A stretch of DNA of 64,000 nt from Rhynchobatus australiae (GCA_034780895.1 JAUZTB010000057.1:26599030-26663029); one strand, 5' to 3'; shown: positions 13,319 to 27,200, numbered from the stretch's first letter. Notes: generated from the sequence alone by a model not told the origin. Numbers and translations: made by a program.

Positions 13319-14789
13319 GGAGTAATATTGAGCTTCTAAAATTACCCAATTTATGTACAATACTAATTGAATGCATGAAATTTCATGTTTTGCAAGAGCC
13401 TTTTTGACAGTTTTGAATTTTGTTTTACATTTTGCTTCTCACATTATGAGACAAANNNNTCCTGCTCATTGTAATATATCCTGATTTGAAATACACATGA
13501 ATTATCTGGGCCAAATGACCTGTTTTTTCCCCCTGTGTATATTCTATACAATTCCATTCACATGGTGCTAATTAAATATTTGTTGGTTTTATATGTAGCT
13601 GAAACTTAAAGATCAAACCAATGTCAATGTCTGATGAATTGACTTCCAATGGTGCTATAATTGTTAGGGAATGACAAAGTGTTAGGACTTTTACAATGTC
13701 AGTGTCCAATCAAAACACAGCATTGTGTAGGGAAGGGTAATTTTTTTTGCATGGGGTTCCACCCACCTCATACAGAAACTTGTGGCAATGACGTCAATAG
13801 ATCAATAACTGATTGGCACGGCTGGCAAAGCAACCTGTACAAATGGAGCTAGCCTTTAACAAGTACCTGATCTGTTAGAAGCCTTGAATTTCCAAAAAGC
13901 AGCAGCTTCAACAATACTTGTCAGATAGCATCACAGGCCTTCAATTCTGAATTAGTGAGAGAGGCTGCTGACTGCCAGAGAATTACATTTGGCTCTTCAG
14001 CATCAAAAGAACCTTTGCTCATCAATTAAAACTGGTAATTCAAGTTCCTAAATTATAACATCACATTAGGAGCACATCCCAACCTTTCAACATTCTGTTT
14101 ACAGACTGGCCCAATTTGACCCTTTTACAATCTTCACTGCTAACAAAGTGACTCACGAACCACCACACCCGCTGTGAACGAGAGCTCAGTTTGAGACTAA
14201 AAAACCTCGACAAATTAGTTGAGACCAACAACTTCCCTCCCACCCCAAACAACTCCCACTACTCAAAACTCCTTTTACACAGGAACAGTACAAACTACAT
14301 TCAGATCTCAGTCTCAGGATTAAACTAGTAGGTGCAAAGTCAAAGTGTGAAATTGTAGCTTGACCTTTGCAGTTATCTTGAAGCTGTGCTTCAATAATAC
14401 AAATGCCAAGTAGCTGATGAACAATGATCAACCACAAAGTTGACAGATATTTTAGACATGTTTCCTGCACCTAAGAGGTTGACATTTCTAGCAAAAGTGG
14501 CCATATTATTGTGCTGCGCTATTCTCAAAATACAATTAGCACTATGATCGTATTGGCACTCAAGATAATGAACTCAAGTGCCGCTGACAGAAAGCACCAT
14601 TGCATAGAGTGAATACATAAACCTGTGCCTACTAAGCAATGGAACATCTCACTGAGGATGCCAATTGGTGGAAATAAAGGTGGGAAGCAAAGATACAAAA
14701 GTTTTCTATGCAGTCGTGATTGTAGGCTGGGAGAAAGAAGGTAGGAATAGGTTCAACAAAATGCCTCCATGCTCAAACCACCTGCCCAC

Positions 14790-14890
14790 ATAAAAACAGA
14801 AATTTTGGAAACACTCAGCAAGTCAAGCAGCATCTGTGGAAAGAGAAATATAGTTAACTTGTCAAGTCAAAGACCCTTTGGTAGAACAGT
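14790..14890 (-). mobile_element. Penelope-like terminal fragment
   Basis: ataaaaacagaaattttggaaacactcagcaagtcaagcagcatctgtggaaagagaaatatagttaac...gtcaaagaccctttggtagaac, close to 927-1023. Confidence 0.6.
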
Positions 14891-15984
14891 CTACATTCAA
14901 AATCTGCACTCAAACATTAGGAACGGCCATCAAGTACTAGTATCATGGATCCATGTACCGACACTCAAGGACCCATGTCCTACTCAGAGCTGTTATGAGT
15001 GAAGCTAAAATTGGAAAGGAAAGAATAAAATCACTAAATATATAATTTGTCCAGATGTGAGATGGCAGGAAGTGATGGCATATCATGTGTTCCTGGCCAG
15101 GAGGGNNNNNNNNNNNNNNNNNNNNNNNNNNNNNNNNNNNNNNNNNNNNNNNNNNNNNNNNNNNNNNNNNNNNNNNNNNNNNNNNNNNNNNNNNNNNNNN
15201 NNNNNNNNNNNNNNNNNNNNNNNNNNNNNNNNNNNNNNNNNNNGTAGCCCCTCACTAAAATCAGCTGAGCACTAATCGGGGATTGAAGATGGGACTTTAC
15301 GTTGAAAATAGTTGATTAATCCTCCTTTCCACTTCAATCTTACTCAACTCTTCTAATTTTACCAAGTTTGCCCACTGCACTCTGTTGTCCATAGGGTGGC
15401 AGCAGTGTTTGCAAGGCAACGCAGACACTAAGTTTCAAGTACATATCGTGGTGCAGATGACTGAAGGCATCAATCAAGAGCCAACCTCAGAAGTGAAAGA
15501 TATTCCTAATGTTTTACAACATTAAAAACCAGTAAGCAATACGAAAATAATTTTAAAAGGCCAACTGGAATACTGACCCTTATCTTCGGGTGGATCAAAT
15601 AGCAAGTTATAATTATACAGAGTTCTGGTTAGACTCCATCTGATGTGTCGCATTGAATTCCAGGCCCTTCAGATCAAGGCAGCCTTCAGTGGCTGTACTT
15701 TGCAGGGAAATACTGGTGTTTCCCCTTCTAAGTTCCATTGGTTTTGTATAAACATGCGCGAATGGGAAGCACCGAATTTGTTATCCAGTCTTTGCCTATT
15801 CCCAGCCATGATCTGACATTGGTTAAAGTTGCAAAGAAGGCCAAAGAAGGATGTTCTACTCAAGGACTGCGCAGTTCATATTGAAGGTCCATATTAAAAA
15901 GCAGAACCACAAACACATCTCCGGAATCCCACTCAAGCCAAATGCAAACTGGCAGGGTAAATAAGATCAGAGAAATGAATTTTT

Positions 15985-16255
15985 TAAGATCTCTTTATTA
16001 ATCACATATATATTGAAACATACAGTAAAATGCACCATTTTGCATAGAGTGTTCTGGGGGCAGCCCGCAAGTGTCGCCATGCTTCTGGTGCCAACATAGG
16101 ATTGTCCACAACTTCCTAACCCGTATGTCTTTGTGGGAGGAAACCAGAGCACCCAGAGGAAATTCATGCAATCATGGGGAGAACGTACAAACTCCTTACA
16201 GACAGCGGCTGGAATTGAACCTAGGTTGCTGGCACTGTAATAGTGTTGCGCTAAT
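15985..16255 (-). mobile_element. tRNA-derived V-SINE
   Basis: Reverse complement of the element at 42765. Contains the V-domain (ggagtttgtacgttctcc...ggtgctctggtttcctcccaca) and the same tail. Confidence 0.85.
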
Positions 16256-16309
16256 TTTGTAGCTCAAATAATGGCGTGGAATTAACGGATTCACTTCATG
16301 GGGCATTGC

Positions 16310-17240
16310 CATCAGTACTTTAAGCTACCTATGGACTGGGCAAACCAAATTAGCAATAATATTCTGGAGGATGAAATCATGTAGTGCATAAAAGAAGGTT
16401 TTCTTGATCAGTGTGTTGGGGAACCAACAAGGGTACAACCTATTTTAGATCCAGTAATGTGCAATGAGGAAGGGTTAGTTGATAATCTGGGCGTTATACG
16501 GCCTTTTGGGTAACAGTGATCTTAACTGGTGGAATTTCACATAAGAAATGAATTTGATTTAGTTTAATCAGAAACCAAGGTCTTAACTCTGAATGAAGCA
16601 AAGAATGAAGGGATGTGGTGTGAGCTGGCTATGGTAGATTGGGAAACCACTTTAAAAAGGTATGACTGTAAATAAGAAATGGCTAAAACTTGAAGAATAC
16701 CTAGGTTACAGCTAAGAAAAAGGACATTTGCTATTAAAGATCAGGCCAGCACTTTGCGCAACCGGCTGCTCTGAAGTTATATTGAGACCTACCAAGATGA
16801 ATGCTGTGCAGTAGCACCGAATGCAAATTCTGAGCCATTTTTGGAGTTAGTACAGTGTAAACTTACCAGACACCAGGGTTAAACGGAGGTTATTTTGCAC
16901 AGAGAATCTTGCATTCCCTTGAGAATATAAAGGGTGATAAAATTTTATTCAAGTGTTGAAGGATTTGTTAGAGAGCTGGAGAAAAACTATTTTCTCAGGT
17001 GTGAGAGTCAAGAACAAGTGGACATAACCTTAGATTTACATAGAGTTGGGCCATTCATGATGCTATCAGAAAACTTTCCTTCACACAAAAGTTAATGGAA
17101 TTCTGGGCTCCACTTCAGAAAAAACCTAAATAAGATTCAAAGTTTTTNNNNNNNNNNNNNNNNNNATTACAGATTTGAGGCGAGTCATGGAGTTAGGGTA
17201 CAGATCAGCTATGACCTCACTGAATAATGGAACAGGCTGA
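16310..17240 (+). mobile_element. Old CR1 LINE fragments (endonuclease-end region 16310-16700 and 3' end 16870-17240)
   Basis: Decayed GFLDQ.V.EPTR...ILD.V.CNE motif (ggttttcttgatcagtgtgttggggaaccaacaagg) and a CR1-like tail (cagatcagctatgacctcactgaataatggaacaggc). Confidence 0.6.
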
Positions 17241-17828
17241 ATTTTCAAAATGTTACATATTTTTAAATGTCCACTTCTCTTTTCTTACTCTCCCAGAAGC
17301 CAACAGCTCTCATTGCTAAATGGTGCAATGACTAAACATTAGGATCCAAGAGGAAACCTCATCCAGAAGACTGCATTATACTCAGTGCCTTGATCATTGA
17401 GTAAAGGCACCAAGTTGACTTACAGCAGCATTTTAATTGTGTGTGGTGCTGTCACTGTCCTATCTGTGCACAGATCCTTTCATCAAGAATCAGGAGTGAA
17501 AGGTTAACAGATCTTTCCATTTTTTATGGAAGTTCTATTCTCATATCTACCACAATCAACTCTTAATCTAGACAGGAAATGCAACCAGGAATTAAACAAG
17601 GATTATTCTAGACAATTACATTCCTGGCACTGCATGTACTAACTGAGCCTTTGGGTGTTCAATGATACACATCAGTTCCAGAACACTGCAGCTCTGAATT
17701 TCCCAATGGATTCTGACAGATTCCTATCATCTTCTTCTTAAAACTCTTTGTAACTACTACCCCAACTCAGCTAAACCATCTTCTTTCAGTGCTCAGAGGG
17801 ATAACGGACCTTTGTTATTTGCTTTCCA

Positions 17829-18245
17829 ATCAGAATCAGGTTTATTTGTTGTTTTGCGACAGCAGTACAGTGCAAGACAAAAAGATATAAAAATTATATC
17901 TTTTATATCTCACATCAAAACTCGTCATGTTCTCGATGGCACACACTCATCCACACAGGTCTTGATGAAGTCAGTTACGGCCATGAGATATTCATTCAGA
18001 TCCAAAGATGGTCCAGTCCACCAACTCAAAGCAGTCCTGTAAACATTCCTCCACCTCCCTTGACCAGACCTTCGCAGTCCTCACCACTGGGGCTGCAGTC
18101 TTCAGTCTCTGCCTATACATCAGGAATAGAAGTACAGCCAGGTGATCGGACCTGCCAAAGCGCGGGCACGGGACGGCACAGTAGGCGTTCTTGATGGTGG
18201 AGTAACAGTGTGTTGGCTCCTCTGGTTCTGCAGGTGACACGTTGG
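17829..18245 (-). mobile_element. Internally deleted Rex1/Babar LINE
   Basis: (ATTCTG)n tail at 17828-17840 joined to an internal segment translating HCYSTIKNAY..PCPRFGRSDHLAVLL...KVWSREVEECLQDCFELVDW. Confidence 0.75.
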
Positions 18246-19544
18246 GGGTAGTTCCAACTACTCTCAGCATTTTTACTCAACACTGTGTATCCTGATTCTA
18301 AATATCCTTTGACTATGGTCAAGCAACTCAGGAGGTAGCATGATCTTATGTTTGGATTGGAGTGGGTGTTTGCCAATGGTTAGGGACACTGAATTTAGCA
18401 ACTGATTCAAAGGAAGCCTGGACAAACTGGCAGATGTTGAGGGAATTTTTCAACATGGACTCCAAGAACACAGCAGCATTCCTTGTGAATTAAAGAGGAA
18501 AGAAGCTCAAAAATTAGTAAGGAAAAGGTTAAAAGCTCCAAATAATCTTTGTATAATGATAATAATAACTTTTTCAGATTTTAATGGACAATCACTGTTT
18601 GGCCACCAAGACAAAACAAGGTACATAGTTACAATCTGCACACATAAGTGGAACCCAAACCCTGTCTCCAGCACATCCAACTACCATCATTTACCTATTT
18701 GCTCATGCTAAGTTACTGCCAAGTGACGTTTGGTAATTATTTTCACTGAGCTACGCAACAGGCAGCCAGTGTAATGAGGTGAACTTGTTCTTCACCTTTG
18801 TGTTGATTTTCTAATCACTGGGAGTACCAGAGGCATAATTTTCAGCTACTCCATAACCTCCACTTCTCTACACTGAATTCATTGAAATACATGGAGATTC
18901 TGCAAACTGCTTCTGGGGGGATTTGAACTGGTTCTTGACTGGGTGCAGAGATCCAATCTCATGGAAGCTAGTGCCTTGTGCACTCTACTGGTTTTAATGG
19001 TCTAAGGGAGTCAAAGAAGAAATCTCAGGAGTACATTGTTCCTTGTTGCCTTTTACCTATCTTTGCCTTTCCCAGGAGATATCACAGATGCTTATACGCA
19101 CCTTACTAGCCATTGCTATGTCTGAATGATGAACCCGTTGGCATCTGGCTGTCTGTCAATTTCATGTTTGAATGTTCATATCCGATCTACAATTTTTTTT
19201 TCTCAGCTCATTCTCACAGAAAATATCTGCTTCATCTACATCTGATCCTCAAATTCCATAACCTATCCTTCAGCATGATACAAGTCTCCTCCACACACTG
19301 TACAGAACAGTCCATGTCTGTGCTGACTATGATGGCAATTTAAACTGCACATCTGCCTGCAAGTTGTCTATATTCCTCAATTCCCTGCCTGTTCATGTGT
19401 CTGTCTAAATGCCTCTCAATCCTTACTATTGTATCTGCTTCTACCACTTCCCCAGCAGCACATTCCAGGCACCTATCACTCACTCTATGTGAAAAAAAAC
19501 TTGCTATATAAATCACCTTTAAATGTTCCCCCCTCACTTTACAG

Positions 19545-19710
19545 ATAAGATATATTTATAGTCATATGTACATCGAAACACACAGCGAAATACATCTTTT
19601 GCGTAGAGTGTTCTGTGGGGAGCACGTACAAACTCACCGACAGTGGCCAGAATTGAACCTGGGTCGCTGGCGCTGTAATAGCATTATGCTAACAGCTACA
19701 CTTTCGTGCC
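19545..19710 (-). mobile_element. V-SINE with central deletion, nested in CR1
   Basis: tRNA-like head (ggcacgaaagtgtagctgttagcataatgctattacagcgccagcgacccaggttcaattc) joined almost directly to the tail. Most of the V-domain is missing. Confidence 0.8.
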
Positions 19711-20477
19711 TGTCCTCTAGTATTTGANNNNNNNNNNNNNNNNNNNNNNNNNNNNNNNNNNNNNNNNNNNNNNNNNNNNNNNNNNNNNNNNNNNNNNNNN
19801 NNNNNNNNNNNNNNNNNNNNNNNNNNNNNNNNNNNNNNNNNNNNNNNNNNNNNNNNNNNNNNNNNNNNNNNNNNNNNNNNNNNNNNNNNNNNNNNNNNCT
19901 CCAAAGCCTCCACATCCTTCCTGTAATGTGGTGACCAGAACTGCACACAATACTCCAAATGTGATCTAACCAAAGTTTTATACAGCTGCAACATGACTTG
20001 CCAATTTTTATAGTCAATGCTCCCAAACGATGAAGGCAAACATGCTGTATGCCTTCTTTATCACCCTATCCACTTGCATTGCCATGTTCAGGGAGCTACA
20101 GACTTGCACCCCAAGACCTCTCTGTACATCAATGCTCCTCAGGGTCCTGCCATTTACATTGTACTTTCCCCTTACATTTGACCTTACAAAGTGCAACCTC
20201 ACAATTGTCTGGATTAAACTAATCTGCCATTTCTCTGCCATTATTTCCATCTAGTCTAGATCCTGCTGAATCCTCAAACCACTGTCCTCACTATCCTCAA
20301 CTTCACCAATTTTTATCATCTGCAAACTACATTTTCGTCTAAATTATTTATACACATCACAAACAACAGGGGTCCCAGCACTGATCCTTGCGGAACACCA
20401 CTGGTCACAGACCTCCAGTGAGAGGAACATCCCTCCATCACTACCCTCCGTCTTCTATGGCCAAGCCAATTTTGATT

Positions 20478-20820
20478 CCAAGTCAAGCCGAGTTTATTGC
20501 CACATGCACAAGTACAGAAGTGGAGGTACAGCGAAAACCTTACTTGCAGCAACATCACAGGCATGTGGATTCAAGCAACAGACAGAATATGAATTACACA
20601 TAAATTCTACAAAACAGTGAAGAAAAAGATTGCAAAAAAAGACACTAGTGTAAAAAAATAATCAGAGATGAGTTCACTATAGTGCAAGAGGTGGTCTGTA
20701 GTGTTTCGTTGCTGAGATAGGATTATAATTGTGCAGGTGGGTTCAAGAACCCGATAGCTGTAGGAAAGTAGCTGTTCCTGAATCTGATGGTGTGGGATTT
20801 CAGGCTTCTGTACCTCCTGC
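20478..20820 (-). mobile_element. Rex1/Babar LINE 3' end nested in CR1
   Basis: ggcaggaggtacagaagcctgaaatcccacaccatcagattcaggaacagc (the GRRYRSLK segment) through aataaactcggcttgacttg. It splits the CR1 reading frame. Confidence 0.8.
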
Positions 20821-23039
20821 CAATCCACAAAGTCTCCATGGATCCCATGTGCCTTAATCTTCTGGATCAGCCAACCATGAAGGACCTTGTCGAAAGCTTT
20901 ATTAAAGTTCACGCATACAAGATCCACTGCTTTACCCTCATCAGTCACCTTTGTCACTTCCTTAAAAAGTTCAATCAAGTTTGTAAGACATGACCTCCGC
21001 CACACAAATCCACACTGACTATCCCTNNNNNNNNNNNNNNNNNNNNNNNNNNNNNNNNNNNNNNNNNNNNNNNNNNNNNNNNNNNNNNNNNNNNNNNNNN
21101 NNNNNNNNNNNNNNNNNNNNNNNNNNCAAGTCTATGCTTTTCCAGGTGCAAATAGATCCTATCCTTAAGAATCTTCTCCTATAATTTCCCAACCACTGAT
21201 GTAGATTCTACACCTACCTAATTCTGTCAGTCCACCCACTGCTGACAGCTTTATACACACTTTTTGACATTTCTAAATTTAATAACTCTCATCCTTCATT
21301 TCATGCTCAAATCACTTCCCATTTTTCACTAACTTATGATTTCCTACATCCAAAGCATTAATTTGGGATTCTGATCCTCATTTATCAAACTTTATCATCT
21401 CACCCTCCTTTGAGATGTCTCATTCTGTCTTATGTCCTTTTACATAATATTTTTGTCCTCTAACTCTCGGCTTCTGAGCAGCTTCTCCTCCCCATATCAA
21501 TGGCACAGTATATAGTTGCCTCATTTTCCCTTTCTTGCCCCAGCTTGAAAATCTGATCAAAACTTTTGGTTATCTCTCCTAACTCTTGTATCATGGCTCA
21601 ACAACTACTCTTAAGCTGCATTTATCTACCTATTTCATACCCCACCTTTTCACGTGAACAATAATGTAGGGAAGTCAGGTTAATTGTAATCTCATAGTTT
21701 CAGATCATATTCCTCTTTCATAATCGCAACAATGGAGCATTTCCTCTGAGCTGTTTAACCGAACTGTGCCACAATATATGTTGCCTTTCATTCCAATGAA
21801 GGCCTTGGATGGGTCACTTGCTTTCAAAGGATAACGTACTGGAACTGTGGCCTATATAGTTTTGCTGAGATCCTAGTGATTTGCTAGNNNNNNNNNNNNN
21901 NNNNNNNNNNNNNNNNNNNNNNNNNNNNNNNNNNNNNNNNNNNNNNNNNNNNNNNNNNNNNNNNNNNNNNNNNNNNNNNNNNNNNNNNNNNNNNNNNNNN
22001 NNNNNNNNNNNNNNNNNNNNNNNNNNNNNNNNNNNNNNNNNNNNNNNNNNNNNNNNNNNNNNNNNNNNNNNNNNNNNNNNNNNNNNNNNNNNNNNNNNNN
22101 NNNNNNNNNNNNNNNNNNNNNNNNNNNNNNNNNNNNNNNNNNNNNNNNNNNNNNNNNNNNNNNNNNNNNNNNNNNNNNNNNNNNNNNCAGCAGCCAGCTC
22201 AAAAACCCCTCTTCCAACAAATCCACCAGCAAGTCCCCTACTACCAACGGCCTCCGTAAAATCGTAGAATTGTGGAAGCTTTAGGGATTTTATTATCTTG
22301 AAGGTTTTTTTCTAATAGAATTATGTGCAGATAACTGCATCCACATCTCACCCCAATTGTTACTCATCACAGGAGTTGGCTCTGTTTTTTTGAGTGCCTC
22401 CATAATATTCAAACGGCTTTGAACTGTGCAGCCCATCCCTGGGTTATGAACTTATAGACATCTGTATGTTTGAACAAGCTCCCATAAATATTATATATTA
22501 AATTCAAAAGTCCACCATACATACATATATTCGTCCGTACGAATGGCAGAACTAGTTTCCTCCCTCTCTCCACTTATAGTCATTGTTCTTTCTTATCAAT
22601 CTTGTGTGTTTTGGATACCACTCATTATAATACTGTGTATTTTACATATTTTCTGACTTATGCACAAAATCAACTTAAGGAAGTCTGTAAAAACAGAACC
22701 CACTTGTTACCCAGGCAAGGCCTGTATACGGTTTGGTTACTTTATCTTTTCTAAAAGGGGAATCATTACCACAGCCTTCCCTCTACTCACTGTAATAATG
22801 TGATAATTCACACTACAAGAACAGATTGTCCAGAATACAAACTTGTGTCAGAATTCTTTCAGCCTCTTTCTGTTTCGGAAACAATAATGACTCGAGATTA
22901 ATTTTGTATCTTCCCTATTGCATTCCACATTTCAGTCATTTCCTGTTTCTCTCCTGCTTGCAGTCCTCTGCCAAAATTGTTCATTAACTAGCTGGTGTGC
23001 AACAGATGGGAATATAATGCACAGCACTGCACCCTTTAA

Positions 23040-23182
23040 TCCCTCCCCATGTAAATCACCTGTTCCTAAGTGAACATTCACCCTTTCCCATTTGCAACTT
23101 CGTGTGTTTCAATTCTAACCTTCCCCTCTACGCAAATGCTGCCTGACCTGCTGAGTATCTGCAACATTTTGTGTTTTTATTC
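23040..23182 (+). mobile_element. Penelope-like terminal fragment
   Basis: cccctctacgcaaatgctgcctgacctgctgagtatctgcaacattttgtgtttttatt. Confidence 0.55.
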
Positions 23183-23874
23183 TCCCCTCCCTGACATTTA
23201 GATTAGAAACAGAGCGAGAAAAAGCACAGAAGCTAATCTGTGCCAAATCTACATGCAGAGTCAACACGCCAGTCACATTCCACAGAACCTGCTAGGTAGA
23301 GAGAACTCTTCCCCTGTATTGATGCCTAATCTAATCAACATGGACTCAAAACATTTTACTAACTTCTGATTCATTGCTACATCTCAAGGCTGCTCGCTTA
23401 TTTGCGAAATAAGATGACATTGGATTGTGGTAAAATGATATCAGAAACAACTGTGAATCTTCGGGTTTCAGCCACTTACTCATTCACTCACTGACTCAGC
23501 AACCCAATGAAAACAAAGAAATAGCAACACTTCAAAGTATCCGGCAGTCATTACAATTCTGCTCTCTGAAATGAGATTATACTTTATTGTAGTCTTAAGA
23601 GTTAATGCACCAAAAACGATAAGTCTTGTTGAAATCTTTAATCCTTTGTTGAATATAATCTAATATTAATTTCCTACTTTGCACGATGTATTCAGGTGAT
23701 TAATTTTCTGCACCAAAATGACAATCTACTGTGAGGAATCAGACATCAGAATCCTGGACTTTATGACAAAGTCCCAGGATTAATACAACAGGTCTTCATT
23801 GCAAGTGCCCAAACATCAAACATCATAACATGCATTCTCCCTGTGCTGTATGGAGCTGGGCCTATATATAAAGC

Positions 23875-24249
23875 CTTCACTGTGAGTAACCTGATACTCT
23901 GTACGATGGTCTTCACTGTGAGGGCCCAGCCACACTACACCATGGTCTTCTTTGTCATGACCTAGGCACTCATGATCTTCACCATGAAGGTCCAGATAGT
24001 CTGTACCACTGTCTTCACTGTGAGTACCCAGGTGTCTAAGGCATCGTATTCACCATGAAGACCCAGGCAGTCCATACCAGGGACATCACTGTGAAGACCC
24101 AGCCACTCTATTCCATAGAGATCACCGTGAAGATCCAGCTACTTTACACCACGAAGATCCAACCACTTAACATCATGGTCTTCACTGTGAAGGTCCAGCC
24201 ACTCTGTACCACAGTCTTGACTGTGCACATCCAGGCACTCTCCACCACC
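23875..24249. repeat. Degenerate ~36-bp minisatellite, about 11 copies
   Basis: Recurring unit resembling cttcactgtgaagacccagccactctgtaccatggt, starting near 23875, 23911, 23947, 23977, 24013, 24048, 24084, 24120, 24180 and 24216. Confidence 0.85.
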
Positions 24250-27200
24250 NNNNNNNNNNTGATAAAGGCAGATCTGTGCACTGGGATTTAGACATCACAC
24301 TCAAAGGATTCGAGTTGCCATCAAATCTCATTGCAATTGACAGGATAGGCAAAAGACCCTCCCTTCTAAGCAACAAATCAATTTCACACTACTCAATCAG
24401 CAATGCATTCTCTTCGTGTTAGTCACGTCAGCTCACCGTCTCCAAAAGTGACCTGACACATCTGCGGTGGGATCAGCTTAAACCAGACAACTGGGCAAAC
24501 AACATAGTAAGGATCAAAAAAAAGCCAAGCAACACCAAGTGTCCTAAATCATAACAAAAACGTGGATCATTTATCAAAATTCTGAATTAAGAAGGTTCAA
24601 TTTGTAAATCCACAAGTTGATATTTTTACTCAATTTACTGTACAAATTTCCACCTTCCCCTTCAATACCTAATGCTTATCACAAATCATCAGTGCGCAGA
24701 CCACAACTATAAATTTAGCAATTAAATTGAAAGCTGTTTGACATGCACTTAGGGATTTTTAGAGAATCCCATTATCATATTGGCATCCTGACAATATTCT
24801 AATCAAGCCAAGAAATTTTCCCCTTTATTCTTTGTACTATTTAAGCGAACCTAACAGAATGTGCAGGAAAATATTACAAGTTTAACATAAACCTTCTGAG
24901 TAAACAAGTGGTCATTTTAAACAGTGCTTAAGCCACCTTGAGACGTACTTGTACATATAATCTCTCTCGTCAGGAACTCCAAAACAGGAGACTGGATTTG
25001 GTCCAGTGAAGTTGTGGGAAGCATTGGCACACTAAGGGTTAAGGTGAACATAATTATTTTTTAAAAAAAGAACCTTCTTCCTCACACATTTAGCAGCAAG
25101 ATAACATCTTGGAACTGACTAAAGTTTCCTGTGTATTTGAAGCAGAAAATACTATCATCTGCTGGGTGAAGCAACACTTGGAAAGCCACATTGACGGCAC
25201 AGGCAAATTCTGACTGCTACAACTCACTTACCCAGAAATATTGTAAAGTCCTGCGCAGCCATGGGCAATAATAGTAATCCATCTCCTCTGATGAGAATAT
25301 CTCTGTGTGTTTAAAAAGAAGTAGTTCAAATAAGCTCACACTGCCACATCCCCATTCACTTGCTATCCGTCAATTTCTGAGTTAAAAGTGAGCACTGGGG
25401 CAGGCTGAGCAAAGTTTCCCCTGATGTCACTTACTAAACCCAGCAGCTCGTGCACACGCACACTCATGTACTCAAAGTAGCTGCTGATTTGCAGTCTCTT
25501 CCCCACATTCAGCGCTGTCAGAGTATTCACTAGCTGAGAGTGAGAGAGACTAAGATCACATGATGCAGCAGCCAGGAAATGACTGTTGCTAAAATTGCTG
25601 CCTGGCCGTGCTTTTAAAATGCAGCAACTTTTTTTAAAAAAAAAACTAGTCTTACCTAAAATTTAAAAGAGACATTGTTCTTTTATATATGATGGTATAA
25701 AAGTCTCAATTGATGAGGAAGTCTCCAACAGCAGTGGGACACAAGAAATGAATTCTGCTGGTCAGTGTAGAGTTGGACAGCAGTGGAACAGATAAAGTTC
25801 CTGCCTCCTCAGCCACAAGCAGTTGTTTACTATATATGGTATTTTGATATAAAATGCCAACAGACATACTTGTACACTGACAGGAATGCAAGGGAATGAT
25901 ATTTAAACACACTGTTCCCCCACACCCTGATATTGTAAAGGACCATGATACTTTTACATTTAATGTGTGAACGATATTCAAGCCTTGCTTATGCTATAGA
26001 TAACATCTGTTTGGGTGGGAAGTTAGATATGATGTAATTGACTTCAACGTGACCCCAGTTGTGAATTATTCTGTTAATATAATTTATCAAATTCTGGATG
26101 AAAGATCCTTTAATATATGGTGGCTGCATAGAGGTGGTTAAAGGATAATTGAGTCAGCATGCAACCTGGTAACAGTCAACTTGGGTACAAGGAACTGTAA
26201 AAATCAACATGGGACTGAAATCTCTCTACTGACAGGTGAAAGCTTTTCACACTGAACAGCCCTGGAAAATTGTCACCTCTCCATCTTCAGAAAATAATAG
26301 ACTCGTTTTTACCTTGCACTTTAAATAGCCCCCAGAAGTGAAGTTACTTTTAGGCCAGTTTTGTAGTTTTTGATTGTTGTAATGCAGGGAATACTCCAGT
26401 CAAATTGCACACAAAAAAAATAAACCCCATGGTTATGGTGAGGATATAATCTCTTTCAGTGATGTGGGGTTTGGGGTAATTATTGTCCAGGATGTCAAGG
26501 TGATTGTTTATAGCTGTCACATGGGACTTTTGATCTGAAAAATGGCATCTCTTGCAGTGCAATAATTAGACTTGCACCAGAGTGTCAGCCTAGATTGTGT
26601 TGAAGTCTCTGATATAGGACTGGATGCACAGCTCCCTGACTCTGTTAAGTGGTGACTGACACAGTGCTCTTCCAAAACTGTGTTTGTGCCTGCGATCTCC
26701 ATCCAGACTACATAGCTGCTGACCCGATAGTGCTGAGCATGGACGGTACCCGAGGAGCTATCCACTGAAACAAACACAAAGAGGGACTCCTCAGTTTTTC
26801 ATAGAACATTTGCTCGCAAAGTCCAATGCAAGCCTTTGGGAATTATTAATTCCAGTGTAATTTGCCTGATTTGCTGACTTCAAGAAAGAATGGGGATAAA
26901 AAAGGGAATTTATTTTGAAAATTTTTAACAAAAATTCCATTCTGTAATATTAGCACACAATACAGTCCTTCCCAGGTTATATAAACACCTGAATTACGGA
27001 CAGCTCGTACACATGAATGAGCGTTTGAGAGACTGGCGGGATGGATGGGGATGGATTTGCTGGCTGCTGCAGGGCTGCGGGATTCTTTTACTGGGTGGGA
27101 ATGGGGCATTTCCATGTTCCTTCTCTTCCCAATACCTGCCCTCCCAACCCCACCCTGCAGCGCCACAACAATCAGCAGTTGTTCCATTCTCCCTGTATTT

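Larger units (their letters stand above)
19290..21205 (-). mobile_element. CR1-clade LINE (RT region to 3' UTR) interrupted by two younger insertions
   Basis: Translates to RSCLTNLIELF...DLVCVNFNKAFDKV.HG.LIQKIKAHGIHG, NWLG.RR.RVV...[15 protein letters not shown] and LYKTLVRSHLEYCVQFWSPHYRKDV. Confidence 0.88.

Noticed and set aside
23875-24249. CRISPR-like array (36-bp periodicity)
   Set aside because: The units are contiguous, similar along their whole length and lack unique spacers. The context is a vertebrate intron with no cas genes.
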